From NCBI GenBank assembly GCA_038823825.1, contig JAWBCC010000001.1, forward strand, positions 210,001 through 242,000: DNA of 32,000 nucleotides. The letters are read 5' to 3'. Positions 1 to 8,295 of the stretch are shown here, piece after piece; the first letter of the stretch is position 1; each line of letters begins with the position of its first letter. Under the pieces are notes generated by a model. It was not told the DNA's origin and did no database searches. It saw nothing but the letters and a program-made list of their open reading frames with translations. The stretch is from Candidatus Hadarchaeales archaeon. GTDB lineage: Archaea; Hadarchaeota; Hadarchaeia; Hadarchaeales; Hadarchaeaceae. Position numbers and translations under genes: made by a program.

Positions 1-447
1 GACTGGGATAGATCCTGTCCCCGTTCCTCCGCCCAGACCACATGTGACAAAGACTAGGTCTGCCCCATAGAGGTGATCCTTGATTACGTCTTCTTCTTCT
101 CTGGCTGCAGCTTCCCCCTTGTCCGGATCGTTGCCCGCCCCGAGTCCCCGCGTAGTTTCCCTGCCGATTAAAATCTTTCTGTCCGCGACCGTGTAGAGCA
201 AATCCTGTGCATCGGTGTTGATAGCAATCGTTTCGGCGCCCTCTATCCCAACCTTCGCTATTCTCGAAATAGTGTTGCATCCAGCGCCTCCGCAACCAAC
301 CACGAAAATCTTTGCCCTCGCCTCTCTGAGTATTTCCTCGAGCTCCTCTTGTGTCACGCCCTTAGGGGGTGCCGGACCTCTCGTAGGCACAGGGGAAATT
401 CCGGGTTTCCAAATTCCTTCGGGATTAGGAGTAACACTTTTGCTCAT
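1..447 (-). CDS. ftsZ: Cell division protein FtsZ, N-terminal part (3' end truncated by window edge)
   Basis: Minus-strand translation [16 protein letters not shown]...[103 protein letters not shown] contains the tubulin/FtsZ signature GGGTGTG and the GCGGAGCN motif. Confidence 0.95.
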   Translation of the reverse strand, partial: MSKSVTPNPEGIWKPGISPVPTRGPAPPKGVTQEELEEILREARAKIFVVGCGGAGCNTISRIAKVGIEGAETIAINTDAQDLLYTVADRKILIGRETTRGLGAGNDPDKGEAAAREEEDVIKDHLYGADLVFVTCGLGGGTGTGSIPV

Positions 448-480
448 ATCATCCGCCTTTTGAACTAGACAAGTGTCAAT

Positions 481-1266
481 TTAAAGTTTTTTAACGAGGA
501 GGGAACCGGCTTTTACGACTTCTATTCCAAAATTTTCGGAAATTTCCAGACATATCTCTCTCTGTTCTCTTGTCGCACCTTTCCAATCGAGCACGATCAT
601 TCGACTAGAACTCTTTTCTAGAGCCAGTCTTATGAGTTCGACATTTGCTGGGGCATGTTTAGAAAGGATATGTCCGAATCCAATGTTCGACTCGAAAGAT
701 ATTCTCGTATAAAGCGGAGAATAGTGCGGACCACCGACACCGATCGCAAATTTACATGGATGAGGGTCCAATGCGGAGAGGATCGCTCGGGCTACTGCTT
801 CTCCAGCGTTTTCGTTAACCCACTCCTTTTCTTCGCTCCCGATCTCGACGAAAGTTATTGGAACGGCGAAGTCTCCTGGTTCATGGTGTGTGGCTTCTAG
901 CGAAACTTGGTGAGGTAAATTTAAACGCGCCACCTGATTTCTAAGTTCAAGAAGAGCGGCACGAACGGTTGACGGAGATGCTGGTGGTAGTAGCGATTTT
1001 TCCGGGAGTCCTGGGACGTGCACGGTGAGCGAAGGCCTGCCCGACTGGCTTGCATGTCTGGATGCTACGATGACTTCATCAGTTCCGGAAGGAAGCGACA
1101 CGGACTGAGGGCTCGTTTCGATGAGGAGAGCCTTTTGTGATGTGTACACACCTTTTTCGATCTCGATGAAGTTTCCGAGTCTGAGAAGGTGTCTTTTGAT
1201 GTTCTGCGCGGCTGGGTCGCTTTTCGAAGCGAGAATGACTTTCTTTGGGATAGAGGAATCCTTCAT
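481..1266 (-). CDS. dtdA: Archaeal-type D-aminoacyl-tRNA deacylase (DtdA family)
   Basis: 261 aa ORF; family-like segments SKSDPAAQNIKRHLL, EATHHEPGDFAVPITFVEIGSEEKEW, GVGGPHYSPLYTRISFESNIGFGHILSKH. Confidence 0.88.
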   Translation of the reverse strand: MKDSSIPKKVILASKSDPAAQNIKRHLLRLGNFIEIEKGVYTSQKALLIETSPQSVSLPSGTDEVIVASRHASQSGRPSLTVHVPGLPEKSLLPPASPSTVRAALLELRNQVARLNLPHQVSLEATHHEPGDFAVPITFVEIGSEEKEWVNENAGEAVARAILSALDPHPCKFAIGVGGPHYSPLYTRISFESNIGFGHILSKHAPANVELIRLALEKSSSRMIVLDWKGATREQREICLEISENFGIEVVKAGSLLVKKL

Positions 1267-1300
1267 CGTTTTACCATTCTTGTTTTATCCCTTGTTTCTG

Positions 1301-2641
1301 TTAAATTCTACGATTTTTTGTTCGACGTTTCACGATAAAAGCACCGATTGCGGAACCGATCGAAGTGAAAAAGATCACCGATGTGACGACTCCAAGATAG
1401 ATATTCGAGAGTTCGGCGAGAGTCGGATTTTGATCGGCGAAGGTTGTTAGCAACGTCGCCAATATGGCCGCCGCCAGTCCTCTCGCGAAAAGAATAGAAA
1501 TTACATCCCTTTCCTCTGCGAGTGGTGAACGGATCGTTGTCATTCTTACGGCTACGCTCCTCACTAGGTAAAGGAGGATTGAGAGACATCCGCCAGCCAA
1601 GAGGATTTTCAAGTCCCGGATGGAGAACATCAATCCTAGATAAAGGAAGAAGAACGTTCTGAGAATAAAGGTCACCTCTGTCTCGAATCTTCTGAAGCCC
1701 GCATCGACAAATTCTCCTCTTTTCACTCTGAATGCTCGGTAGACCCCTCTCTCGTTACCCAAGATGAGTCCGAAGAAAAGGGAGGAGAGAGCACCGCTGC
1801 CTCCAATCCACTCGGAGAAAGCGTAGACAATCAGGACGAGGGCAAAAAGGAGGACGTCGATATTTGGAGTTCCACGCAACCCGTAAAGAGAAGAAAGGCA
1901 GAGCAACCCGGCAAAGAGCCCGACAGCCATACCGATCAAAAATCTAGATCCGATATCTTTGGCAATCTCTGTAAATCCTACAGCCCCTGTGACTGCCTTG
2001 AGAGCCGCCAGAACGAGAACTACGCTGATGATATCGGTTATCACTGATTCAATTGTAACTATCGTTGAACAGGCTTTGCTCACCTTCATGCGTGATACGA
2101 TGGCAATTACGATGACGCTACTAGTTCCGCCCAGTATTGCTCCGAGAATGATTGAATAAATGAAGGGTTTTCCCCACCACAGGAAGATCGCCGCGAAAGT
2201 AGCAACTGTGATGGAGCTGAAAACGTATCCGACAATCGCTAGCGCTATCGCACGGGGCCCTTCGACGAAAACTTGCTTCATGTCAAGCTTCATTCCGCTG
2301 TCAAAAAGAATCAGAACGAGCACAAGAGTGGCGAAGTATTGAATCCATGGGCTGAGGATTTCCGTGTTGATCAGCCCGGTGATCGGTCCGAGCAAGATTC
2401 CGAGGATTATGAGCGGAACGACATCTGGAAAGCCCGAGACTTCAAATATCTTGTCTCCCAGGAAAGAGAAAACGAGTATGACACCGACAAGCAGTAAGAC
2501 TTCAAAAGGTTTTATCTCCCGGCGCATCGTTTGTCGGGATTGCTGAGATGCGCAGACTATAGAAGCCGTTAGAACGAGCACCGTTAGAATTAGCGGAAAA
2601 AATATAGATCTTCCAAATCGATCTTTTGATTTCTTGTACAT
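1301..2641 (-). CDS. Cation/proton antiporter (CPA1/KefB-type Na+/H+ exchanger)
   Basis: 446 aa, about 12 hydrophobic segments, GILLGPITGLINTE, LVLILFDSGMKLDMKQ, AIILGAILGGTSSVIVIAIVSRM. Confidence 0.85.
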   Translation of the reverse strand: MYKKSKDRFGRSIFFPLILTVLVLTASIVCASQQSRQTMRREIKPFEVLLLVGVILVFSFLGDKIFEVSGFPDVVPLIILGILLGPITGLINTEILSPWIQYFATLVLVLILFDSGMKLDMKQVFVEGPRAIALAIVGYVFSSITVATFAAIFLWWGKPFIYSIILGAILGGTSSVIVIAIVSRMKVSKACSTIVTIESVITDIISVVLVLAALKAVTGAVGFTEIAKDIGSRFLIGMAVGLFAGLLCLSSLYGLRGTPNIDVLLFALVLIVYAFSEWIGGSGALSSLFFGLILGNERGVYRAFRVKRGEFVDAGFRRFETEVTFILRTFFFLYLGLMFSIRDLKILLAGGCLSILLYLVRSVAVRMTTIRSPLAEERDVISILFARGLAAAILATLLTTFADQNPTLAELSNIYLGVVTSVIFFTSIGSAIGAFIVKRRTKNRRI

Positions 2642-2683
2642 CTAAACTAGTCTCGCTTAAATTATTAAAATTCGATCTCGGGA

Positions 2684-3025
2684 TTAGCAGGTGAGATGGA
2701 GCGCAGCAGCAACCTTTTCTTTTTCACTCAAACTATTGTAAAGTTTCACAGCCTCTCCAGTTTTCGCTTCTATTAATCTTATTCCTTTCATCTCCAAGTA
2801 ACGTTTTGTGGAGTCCGGAATCTCCATGCAACCAGAGTAACCGGTGCCCACGATCAGAACAGCAGGTTGGAATTTCAAAATTTCCTCGAGATCATCCACG
2901 TCAAGACGGTGGCCTTCTTTCCTCCACCACTTATCTCTGACCCTGTCTGGGAAGACGAGAACATCAGACGTGTAAGTTTTACCATCTATGATGATTCGTC
3001 CGAATTCGTAGCTTTCGATCTTCAT
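2684..3025 (-). CDS. Mth938-like domain protein (DUF498/AAMDC-like)
   Basis: 113 aa: FGRIIIDGKTYTSDVLVFPDRVRDKWWRKEGHRLDVDDLEEILKFQPAVLIVGTGYSG, the typical Mth938-like pattern. Confidence 0.75.
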   Translation of the reverse strand: MKIESYEFGRIIIDGKTYTSDVLVFPDRVRDKWWRKEGHRLDVDDLEEILKFQPAVLIVGTGYSGCMEIPDSTKRYLEMKGIRLIEAKTGEAVKLYNSLSEKEKVAAALHLTC

Positions 3026-3031
3026 CGCGAG

Positions 3032-3109
3032 TGGTGGGCCCGGAGGGATTCGAACCCTCGACCACCCGGTTATGAGCCGGACGCTCTAACCTGGCTGAGC
3101 TACGGGCCC
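3032..3109 (-). tRNA. tRNA with CAU anticodon (Met, or Ile2 with a modified C34); CCA encoded
   Basis: Reverse complement GGGCCCGTAGCTCAGCCAGGTTAGAGCGTCCGGCTCATAACCGGGTGGTCGAGGGTTCGAATCCCTCCGGGCCCACCA folds as a cloverleaf: acceptor GGGCCCG/CGGGCCC, anticodon loop CTCATAA, T arm GAGGG-TTCGAAT-CCCTC. Confidence 0.95.
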
Positions 3110-3179
3110 CTATTCATCTTCTTTCAGTCGATTTATTTGATTGTTTCGGCATCATTAAAAACTCACAACTTCCAGTATT

Positions 3180-4157
3180 TTGATAAGCTTGAGAGTAAAG
3201 ATTCTCTGCCACGGAGATGCTGACGGTGTATGTTCTGCGGCTCTTGTCAAGTCCCTCTTTCCTGACGCTGAAATAAAATTTACGAGACCGGTTAACCTTT
3301 TGCGGGATCTTCAAGAAATCAGACCGAATTACACAGTTGTGATTTTAGACATAGCGATAAACGAAACGCAAAAAGAAGAAATACTCGCAACGATTGGTGA
3401 GCTTTCCAAATCTGGCGAAGTAATCTACGTGGATCACCACCCTCTCCCCTACCGCACGCTCAAGAAAGACATACCGGCAACGACTCTCGCCCATGAGCTG
3501 GGTCCAAGCGCCTCAGAGCTGACGTTCAGGCTTTTCAAACACGGTTTCAGTCAGGAACATGAGCGTATAGCCCTCTGGGGTTCGATAGCAGATTATTGTG
3601 AGCAAACTTCCTTTGTTCAGGAGACTCTTGGAAGATATGATCGCCGGACGATTTACATGGAGGCAGGTCTCCTCAGCCAGGCGATAGGTGAGGCAGGTGG
3701 TGATTACGAATTCAAAAGGATGGTCGTCGAATCCCTCTCTAGGCTTGAGTTTCCATCTAGGATGCCGGAGGTGATCAGACGCGCTATTCAGGCTACTGAA
3801 TCAGAGTGGGAGCTTTACAAGTACGTTAAGGCGAATGTTGAGAAAAGGGGTCCTCTCGCGATAGTCCGTGATCTGCCGCGGGGAAGTTTGGGAAAAGCCG
3901 CGATTTTTGCTGTGGGGATTACGGGCGCCGAGGTAGGTGTTTGCGCTAGGAGAAGCGGCGAAGAAATAGATATGAGCTTGAGGAGGAAACGCGACTCGAT
4001 GGTTGATCTGAACGAGATTCTACGCAGGATAGTCTCAAGACTTGGAGGTTCAGGTGGAGGTCACAGCACGGCTGCAGGCGCAAGTGTACCAGTTAACCTC
4101 TTCGATGAATTCTTGGATGCACTCCAGAAAGAACTGACTCCTATCCTGAGAATTTAA
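3180..4157 (+). CDS. DHH/DHHA1 family phosphoesterase (RecJ/GAN-like)
   Basis: HGDADGVCSAALVKSLFP, VILDIA, VDHHPLP, ALWGSIADYCE and C-terminal GGSGGGHSTAAGAS (DHHA1). Start is TTG at 3180 or 3189. Confidence 0.85.
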   Translation: MISLRVKILCHGDADGVCSAALVKSLFPDAEIKFTRPVNLLRDLQEIRPNYTVVILDIAINETQKEEILATIGELSKSGEVIYVDHHPLPYRTLKKDIPATTLAHELGPSASELTFRLFKHGFSQEHERIALWGSIADYCEQTSFVQETLGRYDRRTIYMEAGLLSQAIGEAGGDYEFKRMVVESLSRLEFPSRMPEVIRRAIQATESEWELYKYVKANVEKRGPLAIVRDLPRGSLGKAAIFAVGITGAEVGVCARRSGEEIDMSLRRKRDSMVDLNEILRRIVSRLGGSGGGHSTAAGASVPVNLFDEFLDALQKELTPILRI

Positions 4158-5146
4158 TCGAAAATTTCCATTTCCCTCCCGATGCCGCGCTCAAGAGCCT
4201 TCCGGTAAACCAACCAGTCTGTTGCTATATCTTGAACAGCGAGCCCTGTGGAGTCGAAAACAGTTATTTCGTCCTTGGATTCCCTGCCGGATTTTCTACC
4301 CGTCACGATCTCACCAAGTTCTGCGTAAATCTGGGATTTTTTGAATAAACCTTGAGAGATAGGTACATTAATCTCTCCACTGTGTGATGCTTGCTCAATG
4401 TCGTCAACCACCACCTTGGCCCTCCTTAATATTGCCGGATCCAGCTCCTGCTTCCCTGGTGCATCCGCTCCTATAGCGTTTATATGGACGCCTTCGGTTA
4501 TCCACTCGTTCATCACAATCGGTTTCCTCGAAGGCGTAGTTGTTATCACGATGTCCGCGTTTCTCACGGCTCTTTCCGTATCATCAAAAACAATGAAGTC
4601 GGCATCTATCTTCTTTTCCATTTCTCTGCAGTATTCTTCGGCTTTCTCCCTCCTAACATCGTTCACCCGTACTTCTTCGATTTTCATGATTTCGGAGATG
4701 GCTAGAAGTTGGGTTCTGGCCTGAACGCCGGCCCCAACCATTGCTATGATTCTAGAATCCTTTCTAGCGAGATATTTGACCGCAACAGCTCCGGCCGCCC
4801 CAGTCCGCATGTTGGTTATAGTTGTGCCATCCATAACCGCTAGCGGAGTCCCGGTTTTCGGGTCGATGAGAACTATGATGGCCATTACGGTTGGAAGTCC
4901 GTATTTTCTCGGATTGTCCGGATGAGCATTAACAATTTTGACACCGGCAGCTCCTATGCTTTCGAGATAGGCTGGCATCACCCGAAAATCTCCGTTGAAT
5001 TCTTTGAAGAAAACGTAGGACTTCGGAGGCATTTGGACTTTGCCCATTCCCTTTTCTCGGAAAGCTTCTTCAACAGCTTCTATTGTTTCTTTCATCGAGA
5101 GAAGGCTCTCGACTTCACTTTTCGTCAAGATCAGTACTTTTGGCAT
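4154..5146 (-). CDS. Ornithine cyclodeaminase / alanine dehydrogenase family (mu-crystallin fold)
   Basis: 330 aa: EEAFREKGMGKVQMPPKSY, GAAGVKIVNAHPDNPRKYGLPTVMAIIVLIDPKTGTPLAVMDGTTITNMRTGAAGAVAVKYLARKDSRIIAMVGAGVQARTQLLAI. Confidence 0.92.
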   Translation of the reverse strand: MPKVLILTKSEVESLLSMKETIEAVEEAFREKGMGKVQMPPKSYVFFKEFNGDFRVMPAYLESIGAAGVKIVNAHPDNPRKYGLPTVMAIIVLIDPKTGTPLAVMDGTTITNMRTGAAGAVAVKYLARKDSRIIAMVGAGVQARTQLLAISEIMKIEEVRVNDVRREKAEEYCREMEKKIDADFIVFDDTERAVRNADIVITTTPSRKPIVMNEWITEGVHINAIGADAPGKQELDPAILRRAKVVVDDIEQASHSGEINVPISQGLFKKSQIYAELGEIVTGRKSGRESKDEITVFDSTGLAVQDIATDWLVYRKALERGIGREMEIFD

Positions 5147-5244
5147 GTTTCCACGACTCTATTTTGATTTCTCTCATGGTTCAAAAATCTTCTTTAACAG
5201 TAAAACTTAAAAGAAAATTTAAAAAAATTTGGGGGCGCTTGTGC

Positions 5245-6606
5245 ATGGAGGAGGGAGCAGTTCCGGTTTCTCTTAAAGAATGGGAACGGGTTGCTGCTCA
5301 CACCCACATAACCGGCCTCGGTCTGGAAGGTCTAAAAGCAAAACCAGTGGCTGCAGGGATGGTCGGTCAGATCAAAGCAAGAGAGGCGGCAGGCTTGGTA
5401 GTTCATTTAGTTCGGAAGGGAAAATTTGCCGGACGCGCCGTTCTCTTAGCCGGACCCCCCGGAACTGGTAAAACAGCTCTGGCGATAGCCATCGCAAAAG
5501 AGTTGGGACGCGATGTTCCGGTGGTCCTTCTCACGGCTTCGGAAATCTACTCCGCTGAAATAAAGAAAACGGAGTTCCTCACGCAAGCTCTGCGGAGGGC
5601 TATAGGTGTTAGGATACGGGAGATGAGAAGAGTTTACGAGGGGAAGGTTGAGGAGCTTTCCATTCGACAGGAGCCACATCCCTACAATCCTTATGTCAAA
5701 ATTCCGGTCGGTGGGACGATAAAGCTTGCCACGCTTGATCATTCTCAAAAACTTTCGATGGATCAAGCTTTTGCGATTTCTCTTATACGAGAAGGGGTGG
5801 AAACAGGCGACGTGATTCAGATAGATGTCGATGGTGGTAGGGTCGTCAAGTTAGGAAAATCGAGAGAAGCCGCGGAAAAAGAGAAAATTGATCTCTCCAG
5901 TGTTCAGGTTGTTGATGTTCCGAGCGGTCCCGTATTGAAGAATAAGGAGTTCGTCTACACGGTAACCCTTCATGATCTAGATCTTGCGCACTCCAGAAGC
6001 AGCATCAGCTTCTTTGGACTTCTTTTTGGTGGCGAGGGTAGAAAGGAGATTTCGGCCGAAACGCGTGCAACAGTAGATGAAACTGTTAAAGAATGGGTGG
6101 AGGAGGGAAAGGCCGAAATACTCCCGGGAGTTGTCTTTATTGACGAATGTTCTATGCTGGACATAGAAACCTTTGCATTTCTCGGTAGGGCAATGGAACA
6201 GGAGCTTGCTCCGATTATCATCTTTGCCACAAACAGGGGACTTACCGTAGTCAGAGGAACAGACTTTAAAGCTCCACATGGCATGCCACTGGATCTTCTG
6301 GACAGGCTTCTGATAATAACCACACAACCGTATACGAGGGAGGAGATTTTGGAAATATTGAAGATAAGAGCTAAAACCGAAAAAATAAATCTCTCGCAGG
6401 AGGCGCTGGAATATCTGGCACAAATCGGTGAGGCAAATTCTCTCAGATATGCGATCCAGCTTCTTGCTCCCGCATCCGAAGTCGCCATAGCCGAAGGCGC
6501 GAAGATCGTTGAGAAGAAACACGTGGAGCATGTAAGGGAACTTTTTGTAGACGTAAGCAGGTCGGTTCAATATTTGCGTGAGCATGAAGAACGTATGCTA
6601 AAGTAG
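5245..6606 (+). CDS. TIP49 / RuvB-like AAA+ ATPase (archaeal RuvBL homologue)
   Basis: HTHITGLGLEGLKAKPVAAGMVGQIKAREAAGLV, Walker A AGPPGTGKTALAIAIAKELG, Walker B PGVVFIDECSMLDIETFAFLGRAMEQELAPIIIFATNRG, TQPYTREEILEILKIRAK. Likely ATG at 5245, in frame with the ORF opening at 5083. Confidence 0.93.
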   Translation: MEEGAVPVSLKEWERVAAHTHITGLGLEGLKAKPVAAGMVGQIKAREAAGLVVHLVRKGKFAGRAVLLAGPPGTGKTALAIAIAKELGRDVPVVLLTASEIYSAEIKKTEFLTQALRRAIGVRIREMRRVYEGKVEELSIRQEPHPYNPYVKIPVGGTIKLATLDHSQKLSMDQAFAISLIREGVETGDVIQIDVDGGRVVKLGKSREAAEKEKIDLSSVQVVDVPSGPVLKNKEFVYTVTLHDLDLAHSRSSISFFGLLFGGEGRKEISAETRATVDETVKEWVEEGKAEILPGVVFIDECSMLDIETFAFLGRAMEQELAPIIIFATNRGLTVVRGTDFKAPHGMPLDLLDRLLIITTQPYTREEILEILKIRAKTEKINLSQEALEYLAQIGEANSLRYAIQLLAPASEVAIAEGAKIVEKKHVEHVRELFVDVSRSVQYLREHEERMLK

Positions 6607-6620
6607 GTCAATTTAAGTTT

Positions 6621-6755
6621 TGGCGCCGGGGGGAGGACTCGAACCTCCGACCTCACGGTTTCCGCACGGCCACGCGTCCGTTTTTCGAATGGAGGTTCGT
6701 TCTTCATTCGCGTCCGATTAACAGCCGTGCGCTCTACCTACTGAGCTACCCCGGC
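6621..6755 (-). tRNA. tRNA-Asn (GUU) with a 59-nt intron at the canonical 37/38 position; CCA encoded
   Basis: Exons GCCGGGGTAGCTCAGTAGGTAGAGCGCACGGCTGTTA / ACCGTGAGGTCGGAGGTTCGAGTCCTCCCCCCGGCGCCA give a full cloverleaf. The intron (about 6660-6718) can form a bulge-helix-bulge-like junction. Confidence 0.9.
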
Positions 6756-6798
6756 TCCATATACTAATCAATCCGGGATCATCTAATAAAAAGGACAC

Positions 6799-7563
6799 TT
6801 ATTGCCTGCTGATTTTCATCAATCTTTTCTTTATGTGCATGTACGCTTCTTTCAGGTTTTCTTTGTTGTCGAATTCCCTCACAATTTTTTCGAGCCTTCT
6901 CGAGCTCATGTGTCTAAGTTTTTTGACTTCCAAAATTAAAAGCGGAGCGGCTCGTACGATGTTGTCTACTATCGTTATGTTTGCAGCTACTGCTGTTCTC
7001 GAGAGAGGATTCAAGTCGACCGCTATTACGCATTTGCCCATTCTTCTCAGAGCTTCCGTTCTGTCTCCGTCTTCAAGTGGAACGAAAACGACGTCCGCCG
7101 AGTAGATTCCTCTTCTATCTACCACCCTTCTCTCACTATGGATTTCGTCAATTTTTGTGAAGTATCTTTTGTCGGTTCCAAAAATTTCTTTAGCTTCATG
7201 GGCCTTCAACCAGTCTGCAATAGCTTTGACTCTTTCGTCGGTTCTGTGGAAGAGATTGATTTCGATCCTTGCACCTGTCTCTTTTGCCAATTTTACAATC
7301 TCGTTTGGCACAAGCGCTGCAACATTTCCGTTTACAGAAATCACGGGTGAACGAGCTAGAAGAAGCATCGCGGCAGCAGCTCTTATGGCTTTCCTAGCGA
7401 AGGGACAGGTTTTTTCACCGAGAAGATAATCGAAAGCTTCTCCGCGTCCGTGAGCGATCAACCCTTCCGGGACGACGATCCCTCTTCTGAAACCCTCGGC
7501 TAATCTCTCCCTTATTTTTAAAGACCAAGCCCGAGGATGTTCTTCTGAAACCCAACTCTCCAC
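6799..7563 (-). CDS. Archaeal 4-phosphopantoate--beta-alanine ligase (phosphopantothenate synthetase, PPS)
   Basis: 254 aa: HPRAWSLKIRERLAEGFRRGIVVPEGLIAHGRGEAFDYLLGE, SVNGNVAALVPNEIVKLA, IEINLFHRTDERVKAIADWLK, GKCVIAVDLNPLSRTAVAANITIVDNIVRA. Confidence 0.9.
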   Translation of the reverse strand: MESWVSEEHPRAWSLKIRERLAEGFRRGIVVPEGLIAHGRGEAFDYLLGEKTCPFARKAIRAAAAMLLLARSPVISVNGNVAALVPNEIVKLAKETGARIEINLFHRTDERVKAIADWLKAHEAKEIFGTDKRYFTKIDEIHSERRVVDRRGIYSADVVFVPLEDGDRTEALRRMGKCVIAVDLNPLSRTAVAANITIVDNIVRAAPLLILEVKKLRHMSSRRLEKIVREFDNKENLKEAYMHIKKRLMKISRQ

Positions 7564-7632
7564 GATTTTTCCTCTTCTCCAAACTCCAAAAAAGCATTTT
7601 TTAAGTCTTGTTGGTGATAATGAAGTGAGAGG

Positions 7633-8289
7633 ATGGAAATAATCTGGCCGGTCTTTGCTCTGATTGTCGCAATAATCGCGGTCGGAGCATCGGCTTATTC
7701 TGGTACTCCGCTTACGATGGGGATTGCTCTTGCGACGTTGCTAGTTGCTGCAGCATCCGTTTATCTTTACATCTCCGCCTATCCTAAAAAGAGGTTCAAG
7801 GAGATACCGCTGGAGGATTTTTCGTGGTGGATGGATGCAGGAGAACCGCTTGCCTCGCTAAAGAGACTTGATCCAAAATCCATGGCAGTCCCGAGCGTTT
7901 TTCTCTCCGATCTCCGTCCCGTTGCTAAAAATGTTGAGCTTCTCTTTCAGAGGATGAGATTGATCGTTTGGAGGAGAGACTTCGCCGATCTACCGAGCGG
8001 GGACGTGATGACGGAGCTGGATACCGTTCGGAGTTTTCTGCGCGTCATGCTTCAAAGAATTGAGAGGAAAATGGTGCTAGAACCCGAAATCACCGGATAT
8101 TTAACCGATCTGTCCAGCCGGATGAAGAAAATCGCTGAGAAACTCTCGGGATATGCACAGACTAAACCGGAAATTCTTCGTCCTTATGTGGACCCGCTTG
8201 CGAGAGCAGCCGATAGACTCGCGAGAGATCTTGAGATAGCAGCCAAAAATTATCAGGAGTTTGCCAAGGTTGCATTTGGGACAGGGTAG
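7633..8289 (+). CDS. Membrane-anchored protein of unknown function
   Basis: 218 aa ORF with two N-terminal hydrophobic segments (IIWPVFALIVAIIAVGASAY; MGIALATLLVAAASVYLYISA), then a soluble alpha-helical region. It sits directly upstream of the EF-1alpha gene. No family recognised. Confidence 0.7.
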   Translation: MEIIWPVFALIVAIIAVGASAYSGTPLTMGIALATLLVAAASVYLYISAYPKKRFKEIPLEDFSWWMDAGEPLASLKRLDPKSMAVPSVFLSDLRPVAKNVELLFQRMRLIVWRRDFADLPSGDVMTELDTVRSFLRVMLQRIERKMVLEPEITGYLTDLSSRMKKIAEKLSGYAQTKPEILRPYVDPLARAADRLARDLEIAAKNYQEFAKVAFGTG

Positions 8290-8295
8290 TCCTCG

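Noticed and set aside
655-1450. Small plus-strand ORFs at 655-900 and 1121-1450
   Set aside because: Antisense to dtdA and the antiporter gene, with no family resemblance.
5083-5244. 54-aa N-terminal extension of the TIP49 ORF
   Set aside because: It overlaps the start of the divergent dehydrogenase gene and is low-complexity S/F-rich; the conserved TIP49 N-terminus begins after ATG 5245.
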